From the NCBI GenBank assembly GCA_029858305.1, contig JAOUFI010000004.1, forward strand, positions 23,862-87,861: a stretch of 64,000 nt of DNA, read 5' to 3'. Under the pieces are notes generated by a model. The model searched no databases. It saw only the letters and a list, made by a program, of their open reading frames with translations, and was not told the DNA's origin. Shown piece by piece: positions 1-9,836 of this stretch; position 1 is the first letter of the stretch; each line of letters starts with the position of its first letter. The DNA is from Candidatus Thorarchaeota archaeon (GTDB taxonomy: Archaea > Asgardarchaeota > Thorarchaeia > Thorarchaeales > Thorarchaeaceae). The position numbers were made by a program, and so were the translations under genes.

Positions 1-1
1 A

Positions 2-973
2 TTCAAGCTCTTGGTTGGAAGTGAGCTTGAGTTCTTTACTATCACAAGAAGTACTGATAATAATGTAAAACCATGCGATCATGGAGGATATTTCTCATCA
101 ATCCCACTCGACTCTTCACTTGAATTAAGACGGGAGATCATTCGAGCATTGAACGCAATAGGGATACCAACCACATCACATCATCACGAAGTTGCACAAG
201 GGCAGCAAGAGATAGGCTTGCGGTACTTGCCAGCAGAAACCGCCGCAGATAACATTATGATGGCACGACTCATCATCTCAGAAATCGCATATAGAAGAGG
301 TTTGATTGCCACGTTCATGCCCAAACCATTTGTCAATCAAAATGGATCGGGAATGCATTTGCATCAGAGTGTCTGGAGCGTGAACGAATCAAAGAACCTG
401 TTTGCTGGTGAGAGATGTGGAGAAATCTCCACCCTTGCGACTAATTACATTGGAGGACTTCTCGAGCATGCAACCACTCTTGCAGCAGTCTTGGCTCCGA
501 CTGTGAACTCGTATAAGAGATTGGTACCCGGGTTTGAAGCTCCAACAGCCATAGCATGGGGATATCGGAATCGGAGTACGATGATTCGTGTCCCTCATTT
601 CAATGGCTCCCATGATGCGGCGAGGATCGAACTTCGATGCCCTGATGCATCATCTTCACCACATCTTGGGATTGCTGCAATGCTTAGTGCAGGACTTGAC
701 GGAATTCAACGAAAGATTGAACCTCCCCTCCCATCAGATAGTAATCTGTATGAATCGAAGAAATCTATCAAGTGTTTACCAGTTTCATTACAAAGCGCGA
801 TATCATATTTAGAAAAAAGTAGGATGTTGAGGGACAGATTAGGTAACTCTACAATTGATTTCCTTGTTGCCAAACGAAGGCAAGAGTGGACAGATTATGT
901 TCAATCAACTGAAGATCCTGGGAGCTCTGAAATAACATCTTGGGAGATTGAGAAGTATCTGCTAGCCAACTAA
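2..973 (+). CDS. glnA: Glutamine synthetase type I, 5'-partial
   Basis: Frame is open from the window edge. Motifs ELEFF, HHEVAQGQQE, FMPKP..NGSGMHLHQS, NSYKRLVPGFEAP, NRSTMIRVP and RIELRCPD. Could be a GS-like paralogue. Confidence 0.85.
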   Translation, partial: FKLLVGSELEFFTITRSTDNNVKPCDHGGYFSSIPLDSSLELRREIIRALNAIGIPTTSHHHEVAQGQQEIGLRYLPAETAADNIMMARLIISEIAYRRGLIATFMPKPFVNQNGSGMHLHQSVWSVNESKNLFAGERCGEISTLATNYIGGLLEHATTLAAVLAPTVNSYKRLVPGFEAPTAIAWGYRNRSTMIRVPHFNGSHDAARIELRCPDASSSPHLGIAAMLSAGLDGIQRKIEPPLPSDSNLYESKKSIKCLPVSLQSAISYLEKSRMLRDRLGNSTIDFLVAKRRQEWTDYVQSTEDPGSSEITSWEIEKYLLAN

Positions 974-1048
974 TAATAGGTAAAGAACTATCAGCCAAAA
1001 GACTTCTAACTCCCTTTCAGCATACCGCAGTCTGTGGAGGTTTGCCTT

Positions 1049-1471
1049 TTGGTAGCCTTTGAGAATAAAGAACAACTTATGGAAATCTTCAACAAATTCT
1101 GGATTGAAGCAAGAAAAGAAACTGAAGTGATGGACAAACTGGCAAAGTCGCAGGTTGTTGTCAGGTTTGATATAGAGGACCCTGAAGTACACATGACAAT
1201 CAACTTTAGAAACCCTGGTCCAAATGGTGAGATAGGAACTCTCACTTTTGATAGTGATGTGGAACCAGAGATAACAGTCTGGTCAAAATCCGAAACAACT
1301 AACAAGTTCTGGCAGAACAAATTGAGCACAACTGTTGCAATGGCTCGAGGTCAGGTCAAGTTGGAGGGATCCGTGTCAAAGGCACTTGGGCTCCTATCCA
1401 AAATCAAACCATTATACAACATCTATCCTGAAATCCTAAAAGAAATGGGATTAGAAAATATGATACTTTAG
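1049..1471 (+). CDS. SCP2 sterol/lipid-binding domain protein
   Basis: C-terminal AMARGQVKLEGSVSKALGL matches the SCP2 pattern. The TTG at 1049 follows GGAGG (1036-1040); the ORF track starts at 1034. Confidence 0.75.
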   Translation: MVAFENKEQLMEIFNKFWIEARKETEVMDKLAKSQVVVRFDIEDPEVHMTINFRNPGPNGEIGTLTFDSDVEPEITVWSKSETTNKFWQNKLSTTVAMARGQVKLEGSVSKALGLLSKIKPLYNIYPEILKEMGLENMIL

Positions 1472-1484
1472 CTTATGTAAGCTG

Positions 1485-2459
1485 GTGGCGTTCAACATGG
1501 TCATTTGTCCACACAGAGTGGATAGTATTGAAATCATCACTCTAGTGGACAATGTCATCGAGATTTTAAGCAGCAAGTCACATGATAATTTTGTTCCCGT
1601 TCGTCAATGGGTAACAGCAAAGGACGCATCACCAAACTATCTCTTTGGTGGCCATGGATTCTCCACTCTGATTAGAACCAAACACCGAGAGAAAATATAC
1701 TCGGTTCTGTATGACACTGGGCCTTCAGGAGATATTCTCATCCACAATGTAGTGTCGCTAGGCTTGGATACCAGTTCAATTGGCACAATTGTGATTAGTC
1801 ATGGGCACTGGGATCACATGGGTGGACTTCTTTCAATTCTCGCTAGAATAGGACATCCTAAGACTCCTGTATATCTGCATCCGCGAATGCTTGTTAAACG
1901 TCGAATCGCTTCAAAAACACAACAGGGAGAACACATCAGAGAACTACCATATGTGTGCACTGCCAATGATATCACTGAAGCAGGTGGAAATCCTATTCTA
2001 ACCACAGAGCCAACTTTGATTGCAGGGAACACTATTCTAAGGTCAGGAGAAATACCAAGACTGACGGAGTACGAGAAAGGATTTCCGAATCACCAAGCAC
2101 TCATTGATAATGAATGGAGAAACGATTCAGAGATAATCGATGACAATTGTCTGATCTTGAGGACCAAGGAAGGATTGATCATAATAACTGGCTGTGCTCA
2201 CTCAGGAATAGTAAATTCCATCTACGAAGCAATTAGATTGACCGGAGTGAATAAAGTGCATGCTATAATTGGTGGTTTTCACCTTGGAGGAAAGCAAAAC
2301 ATTCCCCGCATCGAACACACAATTAGAGATTTGCAAGCTATCTCTCCATCCATGATTGTTCCATGCCATTGCACAAGTACTCCAGCTCAACACCTGATAG
2401 CTAGCGCTTTCTCAAGAGCATATGTAACAAGTAGCGTTGGAAATATGTACAAATTTTAG
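1485..2459 (+). CDS. Metallo-beta-lactamase-fold hydrolase
   Basis: LYDTG, SHGHWDHMGG (HxHxDH), TGCAHSG, GGFHL, PCHCT. Confidence 0.85.
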   Translation: MAFNMVICPHRVDSIEIITLVDNVIEILSSKSHDNFVPVRQWVTAKDASPNYLFGGHGFSTLIRTKHREKIYSVLYDTGPSGDILIHNVVSLGLDTSSIGTIVISHGHWDHMGGLLSILARIGHPKTPVYLHPRMLVKRRIASKTQQGEHIRELPYVCTANDITEAGGNPILTTEPTLIAGNTILRSGEIPRLTEYEKGFPNHQALIDNEWRNDSEIIDDNCLILRTKEGLIIITGCAHSGIVNSIYEAIRLTGVNKVHAIIGGFHLGGKQNIPRIEHTIRDLQAISPSMIVPCHCTSTPAQHLIASAFSRAYVTSSVGNMYKF

Positions 2460-2484
2460 TATAAGGCAGACTTGTGCCAGTGTA

Positions 2485-3129
2485 CTACTCCTCAAGAAGA
2501 CTCCTGATTTTTCTTACACCTTCAATAGCATCTGCCCCATAGGCATCTGCACCGAGCTCCTTCGCGAGATTCTCACTAAGAGGTGCGCCTCCGACGATAA
2601 GCTTGATGCTATCACGGAGACCTGCTTCTTTCAGAGCCTGATTGACATTGGAGATCTCTCTCATTGTTGTTGTAAGCAAGGCACTTAGTGCTACAACTCT
2701 GGCTTTATGCTCTCTCACGGATTGAACAATTGTATCAGCGGAACAGTCGGTTCCCAAATCGATGACCTCGAACCCTCCAGACAGAAGCATCGTGATGAGA
2801 ATATTCTTGCCAATATCGTGTGTATCACCCTGCACCGTTGCAGTGATGATAGCACTCGACTCGCTCGCATCACCCACTTTCAGATATGGTTTGAGCACCT
2901 TGAAGGCTTCCTTCATGGTCTCACCAGCTAGAACAAGCTCAGGGAGGAAGTATTCGTTCTCTTCATACAATCTGCCAACTTCGTTCATGCCGCGCGTCAA
3001 TGCCTCCAAAATCTCTTGGGGCTCCGCCCCATTGCTGAGCTTTTCCTCAACTCGGTCAGCAATATCATCCACTTCTAGATTAATGAGCATCTGTGAGAGA
3101 TCTTCGTGGTGCATCATGTAAATCAACAA
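2485..3129 (-). CDS. Corrinoid (cobalamin-binding) protein, MtmC/MttC-like
   Basis: N-terminal cap (GMNEVGRLYE..YFLPEL), DTHDIGKN (DxHxxG), SALLTTTM, IVGGAP. True start may be near 3117. Confidence 0.9.
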   Translation of the reverse strand: MLIYMMHHEDLSQMLINLEVDDIADRVEEKLSNGAEPQEILEALTRGMNEVGRLYEENEYFLPELVLAGETMKEAFKVLKPYLKVGDASESSAIITATVQGDTHDIGKNILITMLLSGGFEVIDLGTDCSADTIVQSVREHKARVVALSALLTTTMREISNVNQALKEAGLRDSIKLIVGGAPLSENLAKELGADAYGADAIEGVRKIRSLLEE

Positions 3130-3327
3130 TTAATTGAGAAAACAGGGTAATATCCTTTATTCAAGAGGAATGAAAAGAATTCAAGCTTCGTGTATGGAAT
3201 AGACGGAAATGACATTCCTAGGGCATCTAGGACAAACACACACAGAAGGTAAAGTATATTAGCACATTTTTTCCATCTCTAATTGTTAACCATAGTTATT
3301 CTTAATAATAGTTAATGGTGAATTACA

Positions 3328-3537
3328 ATGTCGCATGCAGTAAACAAGAACATGAGTATTGCTGAAGTCGTTATGAAATGGCCTGAGACTGCTGGAGCCT
3401 TTATGGAAGCAGGTCTTCATTGCTATGGTTGCGCTGCAGCAAGATTTGAAACAATTGAGCAGGGAGCTCTAGCCCACGGCATAGATCCAGATAAGCTGAT
3501 TGAAGCCATCAACGAGATTGTTGAAGAGAAGGCATAA
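3328..3537 (+). CDS. DUF1858 family small protein
   Basis: 69 aa with M.IAEVV..WPE, GLHCYGC and ETIEQGALAHGID. GGTG RBS upstream. Confidence 0.85.
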   Translation: MSHAVNKNMSIAEVVMKWPETAGAFMEAGLHCYGCAAARFETIEQGALAHGIDPDKLIEAINEIVEEKA

Positions 3538-3557
3538 ACTGCTCACGAGTGAGCCCT

Positions 3558-4409
3558 CTAGGGAGAGGGCTTATTTCTTCCATAGAGTCTACCAGTTTCT
3601 TCTTCTGACATCTCAAAGCTGTGTTCAGCGTCGGGGAATGTACCATTTCTTATATCGTCGGCATATTCCTTGACTGCGTTTCTAATCACTTCTCTAACAT
3701 TGGCATATCGTTTTACAAATTTTGGTTTAAAATCCTCAAACAAGCCAAGCATGTCCCAGAGTACAAGAACCTGACCATCACAGTGAGGTCCAGCGCCTAT
3801 ACCGATTGTAGGGATCTTGACTGCTTCCGTGATCAATTTTGCTGTTTCAGTCGGAACCAACTCAATGACAAGTGAAAAGGCACCAGCATCTTCGAGACTC
3901 TTTGCTTGTTCAACAAGAACCTCCGCCATATCTGCAGTCCGACCTTGGACACGATACCCACCGACTTGGAAGATGGATTGTGGCGTAAGACCAATGTGTC
4001 CCATAACAGGAATTCCTGCATCCACAACCGAACGTACTATCTCAGTGACTCGTCCAGCACCCTCAATCTTCACAGCCTCAGCTCCGCCCTCTTGAAGCAT
4101 ACGGGCACAATTCTCCAAAGCCTGCTGCTCACTGACTTTATAGGACATGAATGGCATGTCACCAATGATTAGAGAGTTTGGATGGGCTCTAGCGACTGCT
4201 GCACAATGATGAATGACATCATTCAGTGTAACGGGAATTGTGCTCTCATACCCGAGTAGCGAGTTGCCAACAGAGTCGCCAACGAGTATCATGTCAATCC
4301 CACATTCACTAAGGATAGACGCGGTAGGAGCATCATAGGCAGTAAGCATAACTATCCTCTTACTCTTCTCCTTCATCAGTCGTATCTTATGAGTTGTCAT
4401 CCTTGTCAA
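3558..4409 (-). CDS. panB: 3-methyl-2-oxobutanoate hydroxymethyltransferase
   Basis: MLTAYD, LVGDS, GDMPF, AVKIEG, GHIGLTPQ, IGIGAG..CDGQVLV. Confidence 0.95.
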   Translation of the reverse strand: MTRMTTHKIRLMKEKSKRIVMLTAYDAPTASILSECGIDMILVGDSVGNSLLGYESTIPVTLNDVIHHCAAVARAHPNSLIIGDMPFMSYKVSEQQALENCARMLQEGGAEAVKIEGAGRVTEIVRSVVDAGIPVMGHIGLTPQSIFQVGGYRVQGRTADMAEVLVEQAKSLEDAGAFSLVIELVPTETAKLITEAVKIPTIGIGAGPHCDGQVLVLWDMLGLFEDFKPKFVKRYANVREVIRNAVKEYADDIRNGTFPDAEHSFEMSEEETGRLYGRNKPSP

Positions 4410-4496
4410 GGGTCAGCCTCCGATAATGCTTGCTCACATTGGTTATTTATATAGTTCCTATACTAGACACATATTGTATATACATTATACATGGGA

Positions 4497-7424
4497 CTAC
4501 AAATCGACATCTCTGTTCCTGAAATACCGTTTATAGAGCTCCACACCAAGAATAGTAGGCAACGCAAATAATATGCATATTAGCCAATCATAGAGGGTGA
4601 GGGGTATGATGTAGAAATTAAGTCCAACTGTTGAGAGAATCTCATTTACCTGAGGGACATACATGAGTAGGAGATGGGCTAGATAGATGAGACCTAGGAA
4701 TATTGCGAAGATCCAGGTTCCCGGTTCACGTAGACTCTTATGGAGGGGTATGTTAATCCTACGGATTAGTAAGACTATTGTACTCTCAACAATCAAAATC
4801 ACTGAAAGAAGCATCGAAGTTGCCTTTAGGAGTGTCCAGATTGGATCTTCGGTGGAATAGATTGTTGTCCAGAAACCACTCACATTTTCAGGAGTCACTT
4901 CAACAATTCCTAGATAACCAGTAAAGGTCAGGAAGTACACGACAGATGCGCCAACTGCCATTAGGATGACATTCAATGCCATAATCTTGCCTAGATTCCT
5001 AGTGATGATCCCTTGACTATCCCTAGGCTTGTCTTCCATTGCTCGAGGTGACGTCCTATCAAAAACTAACGCAAGCCCGGGGAATGAGTGCGTGGTGACA
5101 ACAAGATAGATCTGTTGCCAATAGGTCAGAATTTCTAGGTTTGGTAGAATGAAGAGAGCTCCAAAAAAGATAACGCTCTCAAAGAGATTGATGGCTATGT
5201 AGAAATAGATCATCATTCGAATCTTGTTGAAGAGACCTCGACCCTGGTGAACGCCAGACACAATTGATGCAAAACTGTCGTCAGTAATGACGATGTCTGC
5301 AGCTTCCTTTGCAACATCAGTACCTGTGATGCCCATCGCAATTCCAGCATCGCTCATAGCTAGGGCAAGGGCGTCGTTCACACCATCTCCGGTCATCGCG
5401 ACAACTTTGTTCTGATCCTGATATCGTTCAACAATGATCTGCTTATGATCTGGATTAACCCGAGCAAAGACATTCGTTCGTGCAAAGTCTTCGTCACTGA
5501 TATCATTAATCTTGGAACCTTCCGCAACAAGTGAATTCTGTTGAAAGACTCCAAGGTCTATAGCTATGGTCTTTGCTGTTGCCGCAGCATCGCCAGTAAT
5601 CATGACGACATTGATCCCTGCGCTGTGACAGGCTTGGACAGCCTCCTTGACGCCTTCTCGTGGAGGATCGACTATGCATGCAAATCCAAGATAAGTAAGA
5701 CCACTTTCCGCAACATGGCGTGCTTTCTTGCCAGTCGGAATGGAATCCATCTGTTTGTATGCAAGAGAAATTACGCGGTATCCTTTGGCTGCAAAATCAT
5801 TCGTAAGATTAGTTACACGTTGGAGAAGACCGGGAGTCATTCTTGTCGGATTGTCCTTTCCATTCGCATAATCACATAGTGGTATGAGAACTTCTGTGGC
5901 ACCCTTCACAAATGTAATGAAGGAATCTCCATCTTGACATATCTTTGACATCCTCTTCAGTTCTGATTCGAATGGGAACTCCTCAACAATTTTGTATCGT
6001 TCCTTGACTGCGACTTCATCTATTCCACTCTTTCTGAAGAGTGTTAGCAAAGCTGCGTCAGTAGGATCTCCAAGCGGAACCCATATTGTTCCCTGATCGG
6101 GGAGGTCTTCGGTTATTATTTCTGCATCATTTGCAAGTCCACCGCAATTGATTAGACGGAAGAGGCCTTTCCACGCAAACACATCATTGATTGGCTCTTC
6201 CTCAATATTACCAATATTGGAGCTCGTGGCACCCTTTAGATGGCTGATACCACCTTGAGGATTATATCCATCACCCATGACAGAGAAGAGGTTCTCTGTG
6301 TCCCAGCAGTACTTGACAGTCATCTGGTTCTTAGTCATTGTACCAGTTTTATCACTGCATATGACACTTACTCGGCCAAGGCTCTCAACCGCTGAGAGGT
6401 CTCTAATGATAACACCTCTCTTGGCCATCGCCAGAACTCCCGTGAGAAGAACGATCGTAGTCAATAATGGGATGTTTATTGGCATGATTGTCATAGCACG
6501 TGTGATACCAGCTCCAATCCGTTCAGAGAGATATTGAATATTAAAATCAAAAGGATTCCCTCCCAGAATTGGGTAAAGGAATACTTGCCATAGAACTGAA
6601 ATTGCCATGAGTAAGATTGCTGCGATTCCCAGGTATTTTGCTAAACGATTGACCTTTCTCCTTAGGGGAATATCGCCAGTGTTTAGAGCTTCGAGCGTTC
6701 CTTGAATCTTGCCAATCTCTGTACGACCACCAGTAGCTGTCGTAACAATGGTTGCCATCCCTGTTGCAACATACGTTCCGAAATAGACCATGTTCAATCT
6801 ATCAGTAAGGGGAGAATCTTCACTGACGTGTGCATCCTCACTCTTCATAACAGGAACGCTTTCTCCAGTTAGTGATGCTTCATTTGTCATCAGATTGGAA
6901 GAATTAATTACTCGTGCATCAGCTGGAATCCTGTCGCCCTGCTCTAGCTTCACAATGTCGCCAAAGACAATATCCAATGGTGAGATATAGGATTCTCTCC
7001 CATCTCTAATAACTCGAGCTTCTCCCGCTGAGAGTTTCTCCAGAGCTTCTAATTTTTTCTGAGCACGGAATTGTTGAATCATTGCAACAATAGCATTGAC
7101 TGCAACAACAGCAAGCCATACACTCGCTCCACCTATAGTATTAAGCTCAGATGGAAAGAGGAATGCAATTGTGATCAGTGCAAAAGAGCTTATGATATAG
7201 ATAGTGATTAGCCAATTGAGAATGGGTGCGATGTACACCTGCCAAAATGCGCCTCTGTATCGAGGAATAGTATTTGGCCCAAACTCAGCAAGACGTTTCT
7301 TTGCTTCATCGACTGAAAGACCTCGGGTCGCATCAACGCCAATGAGATTGAGGACCTCCTCAAGAGGTTGCGAGTGATATTGCGCAGTTGTGCTGCTTTC
7401 TGTGATGGCATCGTCTAGTGACAA
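4497..7424 (-). CDS. P-type ATPase, P2-like scaffold with atypical membrane transport site
   Basis: LTGES, CSDKTGT, KGATE, DPPR, MITGD, TGDGVND and ~10 TM helices. M4 reads PINIP. Confidence 0.95.
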   Translation of the reverse strand: MSLDDAITESSTTAQYHSQPLEEVLNLIGVDATRGLSVDEAKKRLAEFGPNTIPRYRGAFWQVYIAPILNWLITIYIISSFALITIAFLFPSELNTIGGASVWLAVVAVNAIVAMIQQFRAQKKLEALEKLSAGEARVIRDGRESYISPLDIVFGDIVKLEQGDRIPADARVINSSNLMTNEASLTGESVPVMKSEDAHVSEDSPLTDRLNMVYFGTYVATGMATIVTTATGGRTEIGKIQGTLEALNTGDIPLRRKVNRLAKYLGIAAILLMAISVLWQVFLYPILGGNPFDFNIQYLSERIGAGITRAMTIMPINIPLLTTIVLLTGVLAMAKRGVIIRDLSAVESLGRVSVICSDKTGTMTKNQMTVKYCWDTENLFSVMGDGYNPQGGISHLKGATSSNIGNIEEEPINDVFAWKGLFRLINCGGLANDAEIITEDLPDQGTIWVPLGDPTDAALLTLFRKSGIDEVAVKERYKIVEEFPFESELKRMSKICQDGDSFITFVKGATEVLIPLCDYANGKDNPTRMTPGLLQRVTNLTNDFAAKGYRVISLAYKQMDSIPTGKKARHVAESGLTYLGFACIVDPPREGVKEAVQACHSAGINVVMITGDAAATAKTIAIDLGVFQQNSLVAEGSKINDISDEDFARTNVFARVNPDHKQIIVERYQDQNKVVAMTGDGVNDALALAMSDAGIAMGITGTDVAKEAADIVITDDSFASIVSGVHQGRGLFNKIRMMIYFYIAINLFESVIFFGALFILPNLEILTYWQQIYLVVTTHSFPGLALVFDRTSPRAMEDKPRDSQGIITRNLGKIMALNVILMAVGASVVYFLTFTGYLGIVEVTPENVSGFWTTIYSTEDPIWTLLKATSMLLSVILIVESTIVLLIRRINIPLHKSLREPGTWIFAIFLGLIYLAHLLLMYVPQVNEILSTVGLNFYIIPLTLYDWLICILFALPTILGVELYKRYFRNRDVDL

Positions 7425-7624
7425 AATCTATACCTCTCAAGGGTGCAGATGAGAAGCTGTTTGAGCAGATAAATGAAACTCGAATGAGCCCATCAGCCTA
7501 ATACTATTCCTGAATGAGAAGAGCAACCTTTTGAAGCTTTTCAGTTTTGTTCAATTACTACTACGTCGATAGGTTCATGTATATAGGATGTTAGGCAAGA
7601 ATATCGCACGCTATCTACTATTGA

Positions 7625-9604
7625 ATGGTGTATACCATGAGTTTTTACTGGGAGCCTGCAAGTACACAAAGACAATCCAAATCGAATGGAACGAAGATTA
7701 TCGCACTTGTCATTATTCTCATGATTATAGTTTCTACTGGGATTGCACTGATTGTTAATTTTATCCCAAACAGTATAGGTCCTACTGAGCCTGTTAGGGT
7801 CGCTGTGCTTGATTCGGGTATTGATTCTGACTTATCTCTGCAAGGGAGGATTGTTGCGCAGCAGAGTTTCATAACATTACAGAATGGATATGAAATCGTA
7901 GATTCATCGGTCACGGATTCTAGGCCAGATGATGTTCCTCATGGTACTTTGATTGCCAAGCAGATTGCGCAAGCTCCGAACTCATTAATCCTTAATGGAA
8001 AGATATTGAGCACTGATGGCACTGCACCAACAGTAGCGCTAGTTGAAGCGATACATTGGGCCGTTGAGCAGAATGCAAGCGTGATCAACCTAAGTCTTGG
8101 TGGTGTACCAACTCTTGGCGACCCATCAGAGACAGCGATTGATTGGGCTTTCTCTCAGGGAGTCATTGTTATCGTTTCGGCAGGAAATAGTGGAGATAGT
8201 GGACTAGCTGGAACAAGCATCGAATCACCAGCAGTCTACAAGAACTGCCTGGCGGTTGGTGCATTGACAGATAATAATGAACCAGCGTTTTTCAGTTCTA
8301 CTGGACCCGCAAATGGACACTATGTGAAGCCAGATATTAGCGCGTTAGGATACACAACTGGCAGTGATGGGACGAGGTACTATGGAACTAGTTTTGCGGC
8401 TCCGAGAGTCTCTGCAGCAGCTGCCGAATTGGTTGGATACTCTATGGCGAACAACATCACCTGGTCCCCTGGTTCAATCATGACCGCTCTAATGAAGGGA
8501 TCCACAGTTCTTAGTGATTATCAACCATATGAAGTAGGGGCTGGAAAACTGAGCATTCAGGGAGCTCTCAATCTCATCAAGCAATCTGTATCCACGAATG
8601 AACTGCCACCTATTAGTTACGCCTTCCCAGGAATATTACCTATTGATTATGAAAGATTGTTTCAGGGAGATACATATCATTTCAATATCAGACTTTTCAC
8701 AAGCGGAACGACAGTGTTCATTACAGAAGTTTACAGCACAAACACATCATTGTTCATCATTGATGATGAGATCGAGGTGAATCAGATTGCTCTTGTTCCA
8801 GTCGCTGTAGATGTTCCAAATTCAGGGGTAGAGGAGATTGCAGGTACAATCACTTTCACTTCAGAAGACTTTGGTAATACCAGTGTCTTCATTAGCTTCC
8901 CAGTCGGAATTCCAAATGCTCGTGTTGCCTTTGATATCTCTCACACGGCATGGGACATTGACACAATCTATGGACAATTTAGAGAGTTCTACAAGGAACT
9001 AGTAAACAACAATATCTCGGTGACTGAGATTCGTAATAGTACTGCAACAACCTTAACAGTCTTGCAAGAATTTGATGCAATTGTACTTCTTGACCCGTGT
9101 GCCTATTCAATAAATGATACAGATCCAGAGCGTTCCACTTACTTCTCTCTTCCCTTTTCAGAGTCTGAAAAACAAGCCTATGAAGACTACTACGATGCAG
9201 GCGGTGGGCTTTTTGTAGTGGGGCTATCAAATTCTACTCTCAATGTCTCAGCCTTGAATGAGTTTCTCTCTTGGACTGGATTCTCATTCACAGAGGATGA
9301 AGTGCCAACTGGAGATACACCTACTATCATAGACACTATAGATTCACATCCTATCACCAATGGTGTGAATAGATTTGACTATCTAGGAGCGACAATTCAG
9401 ATTCCTGGTGATGGACACAGACTGGCACGTTATGTTGGAATGCCAGTTTTGGGTTATAAAGAGGGAGCAGGCGGTGGAAAAATAGTGGTGATAGGAAGTA
9501 ACTTTATGCTGGATAACTGGGGTCTCCTTGACGAGTATTCCACAATAAACGATAATGCGAGATTAGTACTTCAAATCGTTCTCTGGTGTGCAGGTAAGCT
9601 TTAG
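7625..9604 (+). CDS. Membrane-anchored S8 subtilase with C-terminal GldG/IFT52-like alpha/beta domain (site-1 protease-like)
   Basis: N-terminal hydrophobic helix. Triad VLDSG / HGT / GTSFA and oxyanion AGNSG. C-terminal domain VAFDISH...GGGLFVVG...ALNEFL...GKIVVIGS. Confidence 0.9.
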   Translation: MVYTMSFYWEPASTQRQSKSNGTKIIALVIILMIIVSTGIALIVNFIPNSIGPTEPVRVAVLDSGIDSDLSLQGRIVAQQSFITLQNGYEIVDSSVTDSRPDDVPHGTLIAKQIAQAPNSLILNGKILSTDGTAPTVALVEAIHWAVEQNASVINLSLGGVPTLGDPSETAIDWAFSQGVIVIVSAGNSGDSGLAGTSIESPAVYKNCLAVGALTDNNEPAFFSSTGPANGHYVKPDISALGYTTGSDGTRYYGTSFAAPRVSAAAAELVGYSMANNITWSPGSIMTALMKGSTVLSDYQPYEVGAGKLSIQGALNLIKQSVSTNELPPISYAFPGILPIDYERLFQGDTYHFNIRLFTSGTTVFITEVYSTNTSLFIIDDEIEVNQIALVPVAVDVPNSGVEEIAGTITFTSEDFGNTSVFISFPVGIPNARVAFDISHTAWDIDTIYGQFREFYKELVNNNISVTEIRNSTATTLTVLQEFDAIVLLDPCAYSINDTDPERSTYFSLPFSESEKQAYEDYYDAGGGLFVVGLSNSTLNVSALNEFLSWTGFSFTEDEVPTGDTPTIIDTIDSHPITNGVNRFDYLGATIQIPGDGHRLARYVGMPVLGYKEGAGGGKIVVIGSNFMLDNWGLLDEYSTINDNARLVLQIVLWCAGKL

Positions 9605-9695
9605 TAATGTCAAGGTGTATCATGGCACACTTTGATTGCCTTGAAACTTGTGTTTTAAATGTAGATGAGGATTAGTTGTAATTACTAACAACCTT

Positions 9696-9766
9696 TCCGA
9701 GTCGAAATCGGACTTGCTGGTGACTGAGGTTCACTCCAAAGTTGCCAGCTCACTCGACTCTTTTTT
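9696..9766 (+). other. Long stem-loop followed by T6 (candidate terminator, attenuator or small RNA)
   Basis: GAGTCGA 9699-9705 pairs with TCGACTC 9754-9760. GCTGGTGACT 9716-9725 pairs with AGTTGCCAGC 9740-9749 using two G-U pairs. TTTTTT at 9761-9766. Confidence 0.5.
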
Positions 9767-9836
9767 CAAATTAATTGTAATCTTGATGAAATCAGTATGT
9801 TTAACTTAGGGACATTGTGCCACGGGATTCCAGGAC

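Noticed and set aside
2485-3129. Pyrrolysine-type methylamine methyltransferase system
   Set aside because: Only the corrinoid protein is present. No amber-interrupted methyltransferase or pyl gene was seen.
9719-9760. Fluoride (crcB) riboswitch or tRNA fragment (GGTGACTGAGGTTCAC; GGTTCACTCC)
   Set aside because: Lacks the downstream GCUGAUGAC-type segment, and no cloverleaf can be drawn.
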